Shown here piece by piece: positions 51,544 to 63,350 of a stretch of 64,000 bases of DNA (positions are counted from its first letter, which is position 1; each line of letters starts with the position of its first letter). Position numbers and translations under genes: made by a program. The notes below the pieces were generated by a model, which had not been told where the DNA came from, ran no database searches, and was given only the letters and a program-made list of their open reading frames with translations. The stretch is from NCBI GenBank assembly GCA_030324005.1, contig JARDVH010000132.1, positions 77,814,252 through 77,878,251 on the forward strand, read 5' to 3'. Source of the DNA: Negaprion brevirostris. Taxonomy: Eukaryota.

Positions 51544-52119
51544 GGCGTGGGGTGATCACCGAGGGCTGCTAAAATAAACCCACTCAAGATATTCTTGGCT
51601 TAGCACTACCATTATGTTCAACTCTACTGTAACAGTAATGGCCATTCAATCCAACCTTCTGAAAGGATCCGAGAAATTCTGGTCGCCCAAGAAGAAAATT
51701 AAAGCATTTTTGTTTTCTCTAAGAGTGCTCCAAACTTGTGTTCACGAACACAAGTTTCTGCCTGTGGTTCCTTTAAGATGCAGCTGCAAATTTAAGAACT
51801 GCAGCCACGTGTTATTTCCTGCCCCCACTCACAGCAAGCTTCCACAGGCAGATCCTATCTGTGCCAGGAGCTCTCTGTGAAAATGTAATAAGATCAATTT
51901 TGGGAGATCCTGCTGGATCAGCACTGCATGTTTTGAGCAAATGGTATGTTTGCTGCTGAGCACCTGACCATTTAGTCCCAGGACTGCACTTACCCTGCTT
52001 TCTTGCTCATTAATGAAACTCAAGACATAATGAAGCCAATTGTCCTCATATTAAACTTGGGCATAAAGAGCTTCCTGGGAGAAAATTGTAGTGGAAAAGA
52101 GACCAAAGTGTATCACATA

Positions 52120-52190
52120 TAGGGGACTTCATTAACTTCATTGCAATGTTAATGTAAGCCTACTTGTGACTAATAAATAAACTTTGCTTT
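52120..52190 (+). mobile_element. Isolated 3' tail of the V-SINE variant
   Basis: taggggac...taacttcattgcaatgttaatgtaagcctacttgtgactaataaataaactttg matches 30373-30440. Confidence 0.75.
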
Positions 52191-53164
52191 AAAAACTTCA
52201 CAAGGCAAACTGTCATCGATTTTCTGTCCATTTATATTAATGGGAAGAAAATTGGAAATATGTCATTGATTTATCTTGGTAATTCTGATATCCCCATCAG
52301 TAAAGAAGTAAAGCCTATATATGATAAAGATGTAAATTCATCCAAAAATTATTTTCCTGCACCTGGACAATCCCTTACATGCAAGCACAATAAGTAAATA
52401 CAGCCTCAATTGGTCCTCATATTCTGTTTTCTTTTGTCCTCCCTTTTCCAGTGAATCATCTTTATCACATAGGTTTTACTTTATTACTGATGAAGATATC
52501 AGAATCATCAAGATTAATGATTCAGGGCATTTCCGTGCAGTTGAACAATAATCTGACTTTTGAATTGTGTTTCACTTATTATTAAAGAAAGAGATGCAAT
52601 GAATCTTAAGGCCTGTAGATGGAGAGCTTGAGCTCTTTATAATCTGGAACACGGCTGCCTTCTGTACTGCTATAATTTTCCTGTAAGAATTTCTTAAAAA
52701 GGCTTGGGATCCAGTTAATTTGCATGAAGAATATCAGTACCACATGCTTTAATATTATGAGAATAGATGCTAAGTTTCTTTTTAATGAAAATAATTCCTT
52801 ACCTAATTATTGCCTCTGGTGTTGACATTGTAACCAATGCTGACACATCCCTTTTTTTTAACCAATTTTCCCCCTTCACCGAGTTCCCACAGAATTACAT
52901 TTGTAGCAGGCATTACTTAATAGTCATCAAGATTTTGGATATGGCCAATTGCTTAGGTCAAATGTATTACCTCTATTAATGCAAACTTGGTGTAGATCAG
53001 CTAACAATCCTGAGAATTTCTTAAAATGTGTAGATAAACTTATTACCCAATAAATTGACTAAGCTACTTTGAAGGAGCTGTCTTAATGAAAAGGACATCA
53101 CAAAGCATTTTTGATATAGGGGAATTGCCAGAAAACCTCCTAATTTTAATTATTATGACCACAT

Positions 53165-53885
53165 AATTAAGTGGTAAGCACTGACTATCTCCAACAAGAG
53201 AGAATCTAAACACACCTCGCTTTGACTTTTAATGGGATTCCCATCATTGAACCTCGCCATCAACATCCTGGGTGGCACCATTGACCAGAAAATTAACAGG
53301 AATAGCTACAGGAATATTATGGTATTCAGAACCATCCAAACACCCTATTCTAGAGCAGGCCTCACCCCCTGATTCCACAGAGCCTTTCCACCATCTGAAA
53401 GGTATATAGCAGAAGTGTGATGGAATACACTCTCCACTTCGTTGGATGAGTGCTGCTTCAACAACACTCAACAGAGCAGCCTGCTGGATTGATATTCCTT
53501 CCACCACTTTAAATATTCATTCTCTACATTGGTGCTCAGTGCCTGGACACTGCACCATCTATAAAATAGATACACTGCAACAACTTAACAAGGGCCCTTT
53601 GACAACTCTGACTTCAGTTACGTGAGAGAGAGGGCAACATCACCACTCACCAGCTCCCCTCTAAGCCACACACAGTCCTCACTTGGAAATATTTCACTGT
53701 TCCTTCATTGTTGCTGGATCAAAATCATGGAACACCCTGTTTAACAGCACAATAGGTCAACCTACACCACGTGGACTGCAGCAGTTCCAAAAAATGGCTC
53801 ATCGCCTTCTCAAGGTAATAGAGATGGGTAAAAATGCTGGCCTCAAGAGCACCCACACTGTACAAATGAATAATAATTTAAAAAT
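53165..53885 (+). mobile_element. CR1/L2-group LINE 3' portion sharing its tail with SINE family B
   Basis: Decayed ORF2 end (INILGGTIDQKIN; VMEYTxLRWMSAASTTL; SFIVAGSKSWNTL). The tail tcaaggtaatagagatgggtaaaaatgctggcc...acccacactgtacaaatgaataat matches the family-B tail. Confidence 0.7.
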
Positions 53886-54372
53886 TCTAACATTATAATC
53901 TGCCAGAGTTAATGTGGTCAGTGGAAGGGTTCATTTCATATGTGGCACAGCAACAGTTTTTACTCATCTTCAACACCCACCTTCCCATGACTGCTGGAAA
54001 CTCCACCTACCNNNNNNNNNNNNNNNNNNNNNNNNNNNNNNNNNNNNNNNNNNNNNNNNNNNNNNNNNGTGTTTAAGGTGGTGGTGAGGGGTGGGGGTGG
54101 GGGGGGGAGCTGTTGGTGGGGAGGCTAGCAAGGTGTGGATGAAGTGAGAATTGTGATCCAGACTTTTTCTGCTCTTTCTGCTGATCTTGCACCAGAGATG
54201 AAGTGGGAGACCAATGGAATACCCAATATATGTTGAGGTCTTTTGTGGTCATTTTATGCACTTTTATTTTGCAAATATATGAAAGTATTGGAGAAAAATG
54301 CATACTAGCCTGCTGACCTACTCCAGCTATGTTGTCCCAGGAAGTGACTCTCTGAATCAGGAGCGCATAGTC

Positions 54373-54478
54373 TTAGAATCTTAGAATACAATGTTAGAAT
54401 CCCTACAGTGCAGAAGGAGGCCATTCAGCCTAACGAGTCTGCACCAACAACAATCCCACCCCAGGCCCTATCCCTGAT
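54373..54478 (-). mobile_element. HE1 SINE 3' fragment
   Basis: ttagaatccctacagtgcagaaggaggccattcagcc...caatcccaccccaggccctatcc. Confidence 0.8.
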
Positions 54479-55855
54479 CCAATTCACTCTTATAATTCAA
54501 CATACTATCGCATAGCATTTTGTGCTTGTAAACAAATGGGTAGACATTACTGTTATCTACCCATTTAAAGGGTTAACCTCCCATAAAGTAATGGAAAGAA
54601 TAATTTGATACAAATATGTTGTGATGATATTGCTGGCAATAATTTCAACCTAACTGAGAAAGGATTTTCCGGACAGTTCCATAAATTCTATTCTACTACT
54701 GCTTGTGGATAAAATACATGGAAAAATAATGATAGGAAGTCAAATCAGTGGGGTTGAATTCTTGTGTGCTATTTTAAGCACATTGATTAACGTGCTTCTC
54801 CCAGATTTCTATTTCAACACAGTTGTTAACCCGCGAAAACAAATTAACCAATTGCCGTAGCGGAATAGTGCGCATAGGAACTTGCAACATGTAAATGCCC
54901 AAAGCAGAAGACACTTAAACTACAGTTGCGATAATCCTTAAAAATCAAAACTATTTAGAAAAGGATCATGAATGCAGTATGACTGAAAGTATTTTGTTAC
55001 AATTTGGGGAGCATCAAAAAGAAAATACAAAAGCTTATTTTGACTAAATAAATGGAAAATTTGTTGAAGGGTAATTTTGATCAATAGTGTTCTTCTTTAA
55101 TTAACACACAGAGAATTCTAATTCTCAGAAACCCTGATCATTTGAATAAGGAAATGTGAATAACACAATTACACGGTTTCTGTTTAGAATGTACTGAACT
55201 AATAAGAAACTTAATATTGGCAGGATTGTTTGCTTTGCTGCTTTTTGCACATTTCACAATTTGTTGTTTTCTTCCTCTCCAATACTGGACTAGGTGACCT
55301 GTTGTGAAGTTATGTCATAAGATCACTAGTGACATTGAAATGCCATCTTTCTTTACCTTGCTGCAGAGTATCCTGTTCATTTTCATTGACAACTGATACA
55401 ATCCATAGAATGCCAAGCTGCTATCCCTACATTTATTTTGCTCTTTGAAACACTGAACATAAATGCCTTGACCTTTTGAAAAGTCGCATCATTCAGTCAT
55501 GATGGTGACGTATCAAACATCANNNNNNNNNNGCAGCTTCTATGTAGCTGCAGCTGCCATCAACAAGGTTTGCTGTTGCTATCTTATCAAATGGCACTTG
55601 TTACATCCATGCTTGGGGTTGGCATCATTACTACATCAGAGGGTGGTATCGACGTCCAAAAGGAACTAATTATTTTTCAGCAGCACTGTCCCAAACATGC
55701 TAGCACTATGTTTAAAATGGGTGGCCAGCTTCCAAGCACAAGGATGGCATCATTGGTGAGATCTCCACTAAGTTCAAGTTGCAGTTCCACTTATCAATAA
55801 AGTGCTGCCAGATTCCCTAGAATCTTGTTTGATTAATGACCTTATGTTGTCCATC

Positions 55856-55965
55856 TATCAGGGCTATGAGGATAGAGCAGGAGAATAGGATTGATTGAAT
55901 TGCTCTATAGTGTGGTGGACTCGATGGGCCAAATGGCTACTTCCTGTGCATTAATGACTATGCCT
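55856..55965 (+). mobile_element. CR1 3' tail fragment
   Basis: tatcagggctatgaggatagagcaggag...gactcgatgggccaaatggctacttcctgtgc. Confidence 0.6.
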
Positions 55966-56279
55966 ATCTCTCACTATATGGCACAGCCATCCACAAGATC
56001 ACAACCATTTTCCACAAGGATGGTGACTAATAATTTCCATGATTCCACTTAATTTAACAAGTTTTTAAAGTGGTCCCTACCAACAAAAAGGGTTCCAACA
56101 TTAACTGCAGGGTTGTTACTCCTGCCTATGCATGTGCTGGACTGTGCAATAAGTCACAACCATTAGGGTTGTTACTATCCTTCTTCAAGCTTGGTGCTAC
56201 CAACAATGAATCAGTTTGAAGTTTGCATGATGACATATAACATGCACGTGTGTCATGAACACTGAAGAAGTTATTGACC

Positions 56280-56639
56280 TAACTTTAAAAATAGCTACAG
56301 CCTTTGCAATCAGGCTTATTGTTAATACTCACTTTCTAGTCATGTCTTCCTGGGGAGCAGTGGTCATCCTTGGAATGCCCCCACCTAGCTTCATTTACAA
56401 TGCNNNNNNNNNNNNNNNNNNNNNNNNNNNNNNNNNNNNNNNNNNNNNNNNNNNNNNNNNNNNNNNNNNNNNNNNNNNNNNNNNNNNNNNNNNNNNNNNN
56501 NNNACGACATGTGTTTAACTTTAAAAATAGCTACAGCCTTTGCAATCAGGCTTATTGTTAAAACTCACTTTCTAGTCATGTCTTCCTGGGGAGCAGTGCT
56601 CATCCTTGGAATGCCCCCACCTAGCTTCATTTACAATGC
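56280..56639 (+). repeat. 124-bp direct repeat flanking a 100-N gap (probable assembly overlap)
   Basis: 56280-56403 and 56516-56639 are identical except for two substitutions. Confidence 0.9.
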
Positions 56640-58417
56640 TCATAAACTAAATCAATCTGTAATTAGAAATAGTTTCCATGCTACATACGCACATCAAAGG
56701 GGACTATACTATGCATTATAAATCTGTCAAAGGTCATTCAAAGTCTGTTTAGGACCAACAGTAAAACTCAGCAGGCCAGGTTCAAGAATAAAATAACAGC
56801 TCTCAATTGGCACATATTAAAAGAACTCTATGAAACTCAATGCCTGTTAGTGCATACACTCCATGGGGATCCTTCTGCTCAGCATCATTGGAGCATGTCT
56901 GCATTGAATCTGCTTGTCTAAATTGAGTGAATCGGTAGAAGGTCCCTCAGACTAAGGATATCTTTAGCAAAGCAGGTTTTACTTAAAACTGTCTGATGTC
57001 TGACAGATCTAAGAATGAATACTCCATCAGGTAAGATCTGACAAATTTCATTCCTGGTGTGAGGGGCTTCTCATTTCTGTCATGGATGGCAAATTAAGCT
57101 GAGCCTGCTTCGATCCATGTCTGAATTCCAGATATACACTTATGGTGCACAAGTCTCTGTACCAGATGCACATGTTTATAAAATGACTCTTCTGTGCACT
57201 TAATCTCACGCAAACATCGCCTTTTATTAATCAACTCAAAACATCTTCCTCCAAAGTAGTTCCACCTTGCTGAATGCTATACCATTTAATGGTGATTTTG
57301 GGCAGTTTACTGCTCTCGAACAGCTATCTATAGAATGTGAGAAATAGCAAAATAAGCCTAATGATATTGATGACTCCCACGTTCTCTCGGACAGTGACAG
57401 TGGAGCTCTGCAAATAACTGATTGCACGTTTGTGTTGAATTTCACTTGGTAGTCTCTGAAATTTAATTCAACTTGAATATGTAGAGACAAAATATCAGCC
57501 TGCTTACATCATAAACAATGAAAGTTAAGCTCAAGTATCCCCCTATGGTCTAATTGAACATTGAAAATGTAGAATCACATGGATTGCAGCTATATACTGA
57601 CTGGGGGTGGGGGGGGGGTAGAGTCAAGGTCCCTAACTCTTGAAAATATTCTCACAGGCTCACAGATATGACATTTACGATGTCCTGTAATCAATGACCT
57701 GTTGCCTGAATTGTGATGCTAGTTTTGCATCGATACTATTCTAAATCTACTCCATGTCAAAAGCAATAACAGGGATATCAAACAAAGATTCTTTCATTTC
57801 AGGATCATTCATTTCAATATTCTCAATTGAATGAAAAGCTAGGCTCTGCAATTCTGCAGGGCTACCTCCAAATTGCTGTTAGTTTGGCAGCAGACCTAAA
57901 GAAGCCCCAGAGAAATGACATAAGCAGTCATTTTCAGCCACTTACACCGTTTCTCTGGGAGTTCTGCCAGTCTCCCACTGAGGCAACAGCAGGAGACAAG
58001 CAGAACCCCTGCAGAAATATTTTAACTCTTCTGATTTGCCACTTTAACAGACCCTCATGTAATAACTTTCGTTTCCCAGGCCATAATTCAGAAATTGTAC
58101 TGCTAAATTTTAAAACTCAGCAGTAGTCCAGTATGCTGAGAATTCCACCAATAAGTGACTTCAGTGGTCTGTTAATATTTACATATCACATTGAAATCTA
58201 AAGAAGAGCTAATCAATCTCATACGACATTGCAAATGGTATTTCAAACACAGGCCCAGCTGGATTAGGGAGCAGGAAGGAATATGGGCCATGGTGGGGGG
58301 AAGTTGTGGGAAGGGAGTATGGGGTGGGCGAGAGAAAAATAAGAGGAGAGACCAAGAATAAAAGAAAAAGAGAGAGGTAGAAAGAGCAGAATAAACAAGG
58401 GAGAAGAAAAAGAATTA

Positions 58418-58685
58418 TCTAAACCTTACAGTGCAGAAGAGGCCATTCAGCCCATTGAGTCTCACCGACCCTCTGACAGAGCAACTTACCTTGGCCTAAT
58501 CCCCCTGCCCTACCCCTGTAACCCTGTGCATGGCCAATCCATCGAACTTACACATTTTGGAAAACTAAGGGCCAATTTAGCATGTCCAATCCACCTCACC
58601 TGCATATCTTTGGACTGTGGGAGGAAACTGGAGCACCCTGAGGAAACTCATGCAGACACGAGGAGAATGTGCAAACTCCACTCAG
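58418..58685 (-). mobile_element. HE1-type V-SINE, 5'-truncated
   Basis: Tail tacagtgcagaagaggccattcagcccattgagtct and V-domain ggactgtgggaggaaactggagcaccc...gtgcaaactccac. Confidence 0.85.
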
Positions 58686-58780
58686 GCAGTCCAGTGGCCT
58701 GGTGGAGCAAGGTGGACATGATAACTGTTGAGCGTCCTGGTGGGGTAAGCTTTCACACAAGATGGTCTGGGTTGGAACAT

Positions 58781-58862
58781 TTTAAGAAGTCTCACAACAC
58801 CAGGTTAAAGTCCAACCAGTTTATTTGATAGTACCCCTGTCCAACGCCAGCATCTCCACATT
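58781..58862. repeat. Remnant of the same Penelope-type palindrome family as 49488-49687
   Basis: taagaagtctcacaacaccaggttaaagtccaac... is joined to ...gtccaacgccagcatctccacat; the centre with the ribozyme cores is deleted. Confidence 0.7.
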
Positions 58863-58959
58863 GGAACATTTTGTCAGCACCAAGGACAATTCACGAGTAG
58901 AATGGGGTGGAAGTAACTGTGACAGCGTTAATGCAGAAACTTTAAAAAAAACACCTGCT

Positions 58960-59072
58960 GGGCAGGATTCTCCAGCCGTTTGCTGGTGACAGGATTCTCT
59001 GGTCCTGCCGCCAGTGAACAGCACGCCGCCCTCCGCCATCAAGAAACACGCAGCTGGGAGGCCAGAAAATCG
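58960..59072. mobile_element. MITE-like element
   Basis: gggcaggattctccagcc...ggattctctggtcctgccgccagtgaa...ggccagaaaatc. Same family as 7304-7438. Confidence 0.5.
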
Positions 59073-59631
59073 CTATTTTTAAACATAATTATTTACTTTT
59101 CTCCTGATTTATATGAACATGACTGTTGGCTGCCACAATAAAATCTAGGACAGTCCTCAATAACATTAATTGATCGAGCCATTCAAAAACAAAAGTTTAT
59201 TTTCATATCACCGCAAGGTAAACTATTTAACGGTTATTATTTTAACAGTTAATATTATGTTGCATTTTCCATTCTGAATATCTATCAATGTGCCATCAGC
59301 AGACATAAATGGTATTGTAGATATAATTTGTCCTGCACCTTCTCAGTAGGGCATTTCAATGTTTTTTGAAATGGGATGCAGAAATTTTAATTCATTGTAG
59401 ATGTTCAAGGCGTGATTTCTTTGAATTTATCCACACAAGGGATGATTTTCCCAGTCTACTCTCCTGGCAGGAAGCTGATTGAGATGGAAGCATAGGTTGT
59501 GGATTCATACCTCTAAGGTGTGATAACCCTTCGTTAACATGTGCTCTCCCTAAGTAAGACATGTGGAAATGGAGCCTCACAAAATGACTCCAATATTGGC
59601 ATATAGATAAAAAATAAGAAATACGTTTGAG

Positions 59632-59716
59632 ATAAAAATGCTGCAAATGCCAGAAGTACTCAGCAGATCTGATAGCTTCTGTGGAAAGAAACAAGCCTGT
59701 GACCTTTCATCAGAAT
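59632..59716 (-). repeat. Penelope-derived short repeat fragment
   Basis: aaaatgctgcaaatgccagaagtactcagcagatctgatagcttctgtggaaagaaaca...gacctttcatcagaa. Confidence 0.55.
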
Positions 59717-59799
59717 CGGAAAAAGTTAAAGCTGAATCAACATTTTAGCAAATAGAGAAAGATGGATGTGGAGTGGGGGAAGAACAGAAGAGAAAATCT

Positions 59800-59966
59800 C
59801 TGGGCAAATCTTCTGGTCCCACCAAAGGCAACTGCCCCCGGTGGCAGGTTTCCTGATGGTAGGATGGGCAAGCCATGCCAAATGCCAGAAGATTCCACCA
59901 GCAGTCAATGGCAAGTCACCTCTGCCCCCGGAAAACATGCCATGGAGGGCTGGAAAATCCTGCACC
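59800..59966. mobile_element. MITE-like element
   Basis: gggcaaatcttctggtcccacc...ggagggctggaaaatcctgcacc, reverse-complement similar to 62657-62850. Confidence 0.5.
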
Positions 59967-60020
59967 GTGCAGGCATAGAGGAAATACTAAATGCCAAAAG
60001 GGTGATGGTAAAAGGAAAAT

Positions 60021-60283
60021 GGCGGCATTGTGCTTAGCACTGCTGCCTCACAGTACCAGGGACCCGGGTTCAATTCCGACCTTTGTTCACTGCCTGTATG
60101 GAGTTTGCACATTCCCCCCATGTCTGCATGGGTTTCCTCTGTGTGCTCCGGTTTCCTCCCACTGACCAAAGATGTGCGGGTTGTTGATTGGCCATGCTAA
60201 ATTGCCCCTTAGTGTCAGGGGATTAGGAAGGTGAATGTGTGGGGTTAGAGGATAGGGCCTGGGTGGGATTGTTATCAGTGCAG
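60021..60283 (+). mobile_element. HE1-type V-SINE running into a gap
   Basis: ggcggca...ttagcactgctgcctcacagtaccagggacccgggttcaattcc; V-domain; ttggccatgctaaattgccccttagtgtc. Confidence 0.9.
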
Positions 60284-60910
60284 NNNNNNNNNNNNNNNNN
60301 NNNNNNNNNNNNNNNNNNNNNNNNNNNNNNNNNNNNNNNNNNNNNNNNNNNNNNNNNNNNNNNNNNNNNNNNNNNNNNNNNNNNNNNNNNNNNNNNNNNN
60401 NNNNNNNNNNNNNNNNNNNNNNNNNNNNNNNNNNNNNNNNNNNNNNNNNNNNNNNNNNNNNNNNNNNNNNNNNNNNNNNNNNNNNNNNNNNNNNNNNNNN
60501 NNNNNNNNNNNNNNNNNNNNNNNNNNNNNNNNNNNNNNNNNNNNNNNNNNNNNNNNNNNNNNNNNNNNNNNNNNNNNNNNNNNNNNNNNNNNNNNNNNNN
60601 NNNNNNNNNNNNNNNNNNNNNNNNNNNNNNNNNNNNNNNNNNNNNNNNNNNNNNNTTTGTACCAAAATTTAAAATTTGATTTTAGGAAGTAACATCTCAT
60701 AACTTTACAAGTTAAAAACCATACAACTAAAATCTTAAACGGTATTGAACTAATGTGAAGTTGTATGATAAGTTTCTCCGCAAAATTTATAGAAAAATAA
60801 ATTTCACAAAACACGAAAGCAGATACTGCATTTTTCCAGCTGGTTTGCTGTGAGAATGAAGTTAAGAATTTACTGCAGACTCATTGATCGTTTTTATCAT
60901 TGTCCCACAG

Positions 60911-61029
60911 GACTGTGGTCATGCCAATCGCCAGCGAGTTCAATCCAGATGTGGTTTTGGTATCAGCTGGTTTTGATGCAGTCGAAGGTCATGCCTCTCC
61001 ATTGGGTGGATACAAAGTCAAAGCCAAAT
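60911..61029 (+). CDS. HDAC9: HDAC9 internal coding exon (119 nt) with the third Zn ligand (SAGFD)
   Basis: cccacAG acceptor at 60909-60910 and GTAAGT donor at 61030. Completes AG|G (Arg), then [39 protein letters not shown]. Phase is compatible with exon 4202-4299. Confidence 0.95.
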
Positions 61030-62264
61030 GTAAGTCTTTCAACCTCTGTGCTTATGACTAAGATTACACAGCAGGAAAACCTGTGAAAAACAAACACTCA
61101 AAGCACAACTGTTATTTTGGATTCTGTTCCATCAGGTTATGTCTTCCGACCGTTATAACTTAGCTGCTTTCTTCCATTGCATGTGGGAGATCTGACAAAT
61201 GAGTCTGCAGACTACTGCACAACTTCACTGGCAGGAAGGTTCTTCCTCCCTCCTCCAATCCAACTGTTGAACTTGGCTGATTCAACTGGCCCAAACCCCA
61301 ATACTTATTTCAGCTCAGAACCTTTTTGACTGATAGCAGTTTTACAGTCTTTCAAAATAGTGAAACATTGTGGAAAGCATTTGTAGAAACGTGTCATTTG
61401 GCAAAGTTTTAATTTTTACTAAATATTTTCAACAGTCAACTCAGGTTGGAGTTTCTGTTCTATTGGGTAAAGTTTATGATTTTGCTCTCAGCTGGGGACT
61501 TTGCAACAGCAGGAGCACATATTGTATTTTGGGACGTAAAGGTCAACATGTCGCTGAGGATTATTTGCTCATTCATTTCAAAGGTTTGGACTGCAAATTC
61601 ACAAAATCTCCTTCATACAGAACTGTGTATTTTTATACTGATATTCTAGTTCCATGCTGTCTCAGATTGCTGAGATGAAAGTCGGCTCTCCTTAACAGCT
61701 GATAAGAATCTCAAGTGAAAAGATATCAGACCATCTCAATTCATTTTCTAAAGATTGCCAGCTCACTGCATAAAGTTGACAGTTCAGCATTGATCTTGTT
61801 ATACTTTTTAAAATTTAATATAGAGCACCCATACACTGAGGCAACAGTCAAAATGATTTTAATCTAGGTTTAAAAATTAATGTAGCTGGAAGTAGAAAAT
61901 AATGCACACTGAACTTTATTGATCCTAGCACTGCGGTTACAAACATCCTTGTATATTATTATCAACACAATGATGCAACACTACAAAATGATCAGGACAG
62001 ATATATACACACAGTTAAGCTGAACCATGAATATGTCTCCATATACAGACTATGGGTGGGATATTCCTCCCCCCTTTGCAGAGTGTTTAGCAGCAACAGG
62101 AGGCAGTGCACCAGCAAGAGTGAAATCATGATCAGACATGGGACGAGGATAGCCCATTGCTGGTGGTGTGCTGACCCCTGTTATTTTGGTAAGCTAGGGT
62201 AGAGTAAAGGATCAAGGTAGTCAATGACATAATGCTAAAGCTTTACATAATGCAAATTTTCAAA

Positions 62265-62456
62265 GCCATCTTGTCCTTTCGACTAAGATGAAGCATTCCA
62301 TCAAGCCCAGGAGGTGGTGGAATGCCTCATCTTCTCAGCTTAAATCTTGTTTGATTGAGCCAAAATGGGATGCAAAATCTTGTCTTGCCAGCTTGGATCT
62401 TGTTTGTCTCCCCGTTAGGAACCATGATTGGATCTAATTTGAATTGGCTTTTTTGA
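62265..62456 (+). pseudogene. U2 snRNA-derived element, copy 2 (internal unit duplicated, 3'-truncated)
   Basis: cctttcgactaagatgaag (U2 stem I-like), two units of tcaagcccagg...aatgcctcatcttctcagcttaaatcttgtttg, then ggaaccatgattggatctaatttgaattggctttttt matching copy 1. Confidence 0.6.
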
Positions 62457-62489
62457 TTAGAAATAAAGTACCGAAAAGTTACATAAAAT

Positions 62490-62850
62490 GGAAGTGGCGC
62501 ACTGGTCGCTGGTGGCAGGCTCTTTTGGTCCTACTTTTGTCAACAGGATTTCTTGTTGAACTCACCCATCGTTACTGGGAAATCTGTGATGGAAGTGAGC
62601 CATCAGAGGGACTGTCAGATCCCACCAGCATAAATGGCAGCAAGATTTTGGTGTATGGGTGGGACTTTCTTCTCCCTCTGCAGCATGTTTCGCAGCGGCG
62701 CAAGCTGGCATGCTGCTCACTGATGGTGGGAACTTTTGGTCCTGCCATTGTCAGAGGTTTACCATTGAATGTACCCTCCATCACCAGGAAACTTGTGGCA
62801 GGGGTGCACCATTGGTGGGACCATAAGATCTCACCTGCGTAAATAGCAGC
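62490..62850. mobile_element. Two adjacent MITE-like elements
   Basis: Repeated ttttggtcct(a/g)c..ttgtca and agat(c/ct)cacc(a/t)gc(a/g)taaat(g/a)gcagcaaga motifs; the second starts gggtgggactttc. Confidence 0.45.
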
Positions 62851-63157
62851 AAGACATCAGTGTCTAACTTTCATGCTATATGGTGCTTTGGAATCTGCCA
62901 TGATCAGGCACAAATAGTTTGGTAACTAAGTGAGGGACAACATTAAAATGCAACTTCAAGGTCTCCATGGTGCTTCTGCCTTCCTCTGGTTTATTTATTA
63001 ATATAGACTTACAGCTATTTGACCTACATTACTTGCTGATTTGTCTATATCTTCTATTCTGCAGACACAACTTTATTTTGGTTATCTATAATGACCAGTT
63101 CACTGCATTCTAACCATTTTAGAAAATCAGATCATAAAATTAAAGCACACTATAGTA

Positions 63158-63350
63158 GATGTTGAAATTCTGAAATAAAAACAAAAAGTTTTGGAAATAC
63201 TTAGCAAGCCTGCAGTCTCATTGAAAAGGGCTAATGTATGGAGTCAAATATGACTCTCCCTCGAGTTTTCATTCATTCATGACTTGGGTTTTTTTTATTC
63301 ATTCATGGACTGTGGACATCACTGGCTAGGCTAGCACTTATTGCCCATTT
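63158..63350. repeat. Penelope-derived fragment (63158-63270) and reversed family-B SINE/LINE tail (63288-63350)
   Basis: gatgttgaaattctgaaataaaaacaaaaagttttggaaatacttagcaagcctg; ttttttattcattcatggactgtggacatcactggctaggctagcacttattgcccat. Confidence 0.55.

Larger units (their letters stand above)
4300..60910 (+). other. HDAC9: 56.6-kb HDAC9 intron
   Basis: GT...AG between two phase-compatible exons that are contiguous in class IIa HDAC proteins (AFR-TVVMP). The length includes N gaps of uncertain size. Confidence 0.88.

Noticed and set aside
60021-60080. tRNA genes (A/B-box-like sequences here and in other SINE heads)
   Set aside because: These are tRNA-derived SINE promoters followed by V-domain or other SINE body sequence; no complete cloverleaf is present.
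60850-61086. 78-aa ORF overlapping the third exon
   Set aside because: It is in a different frame from the HDAC9 peptide and has no recognisable domain.
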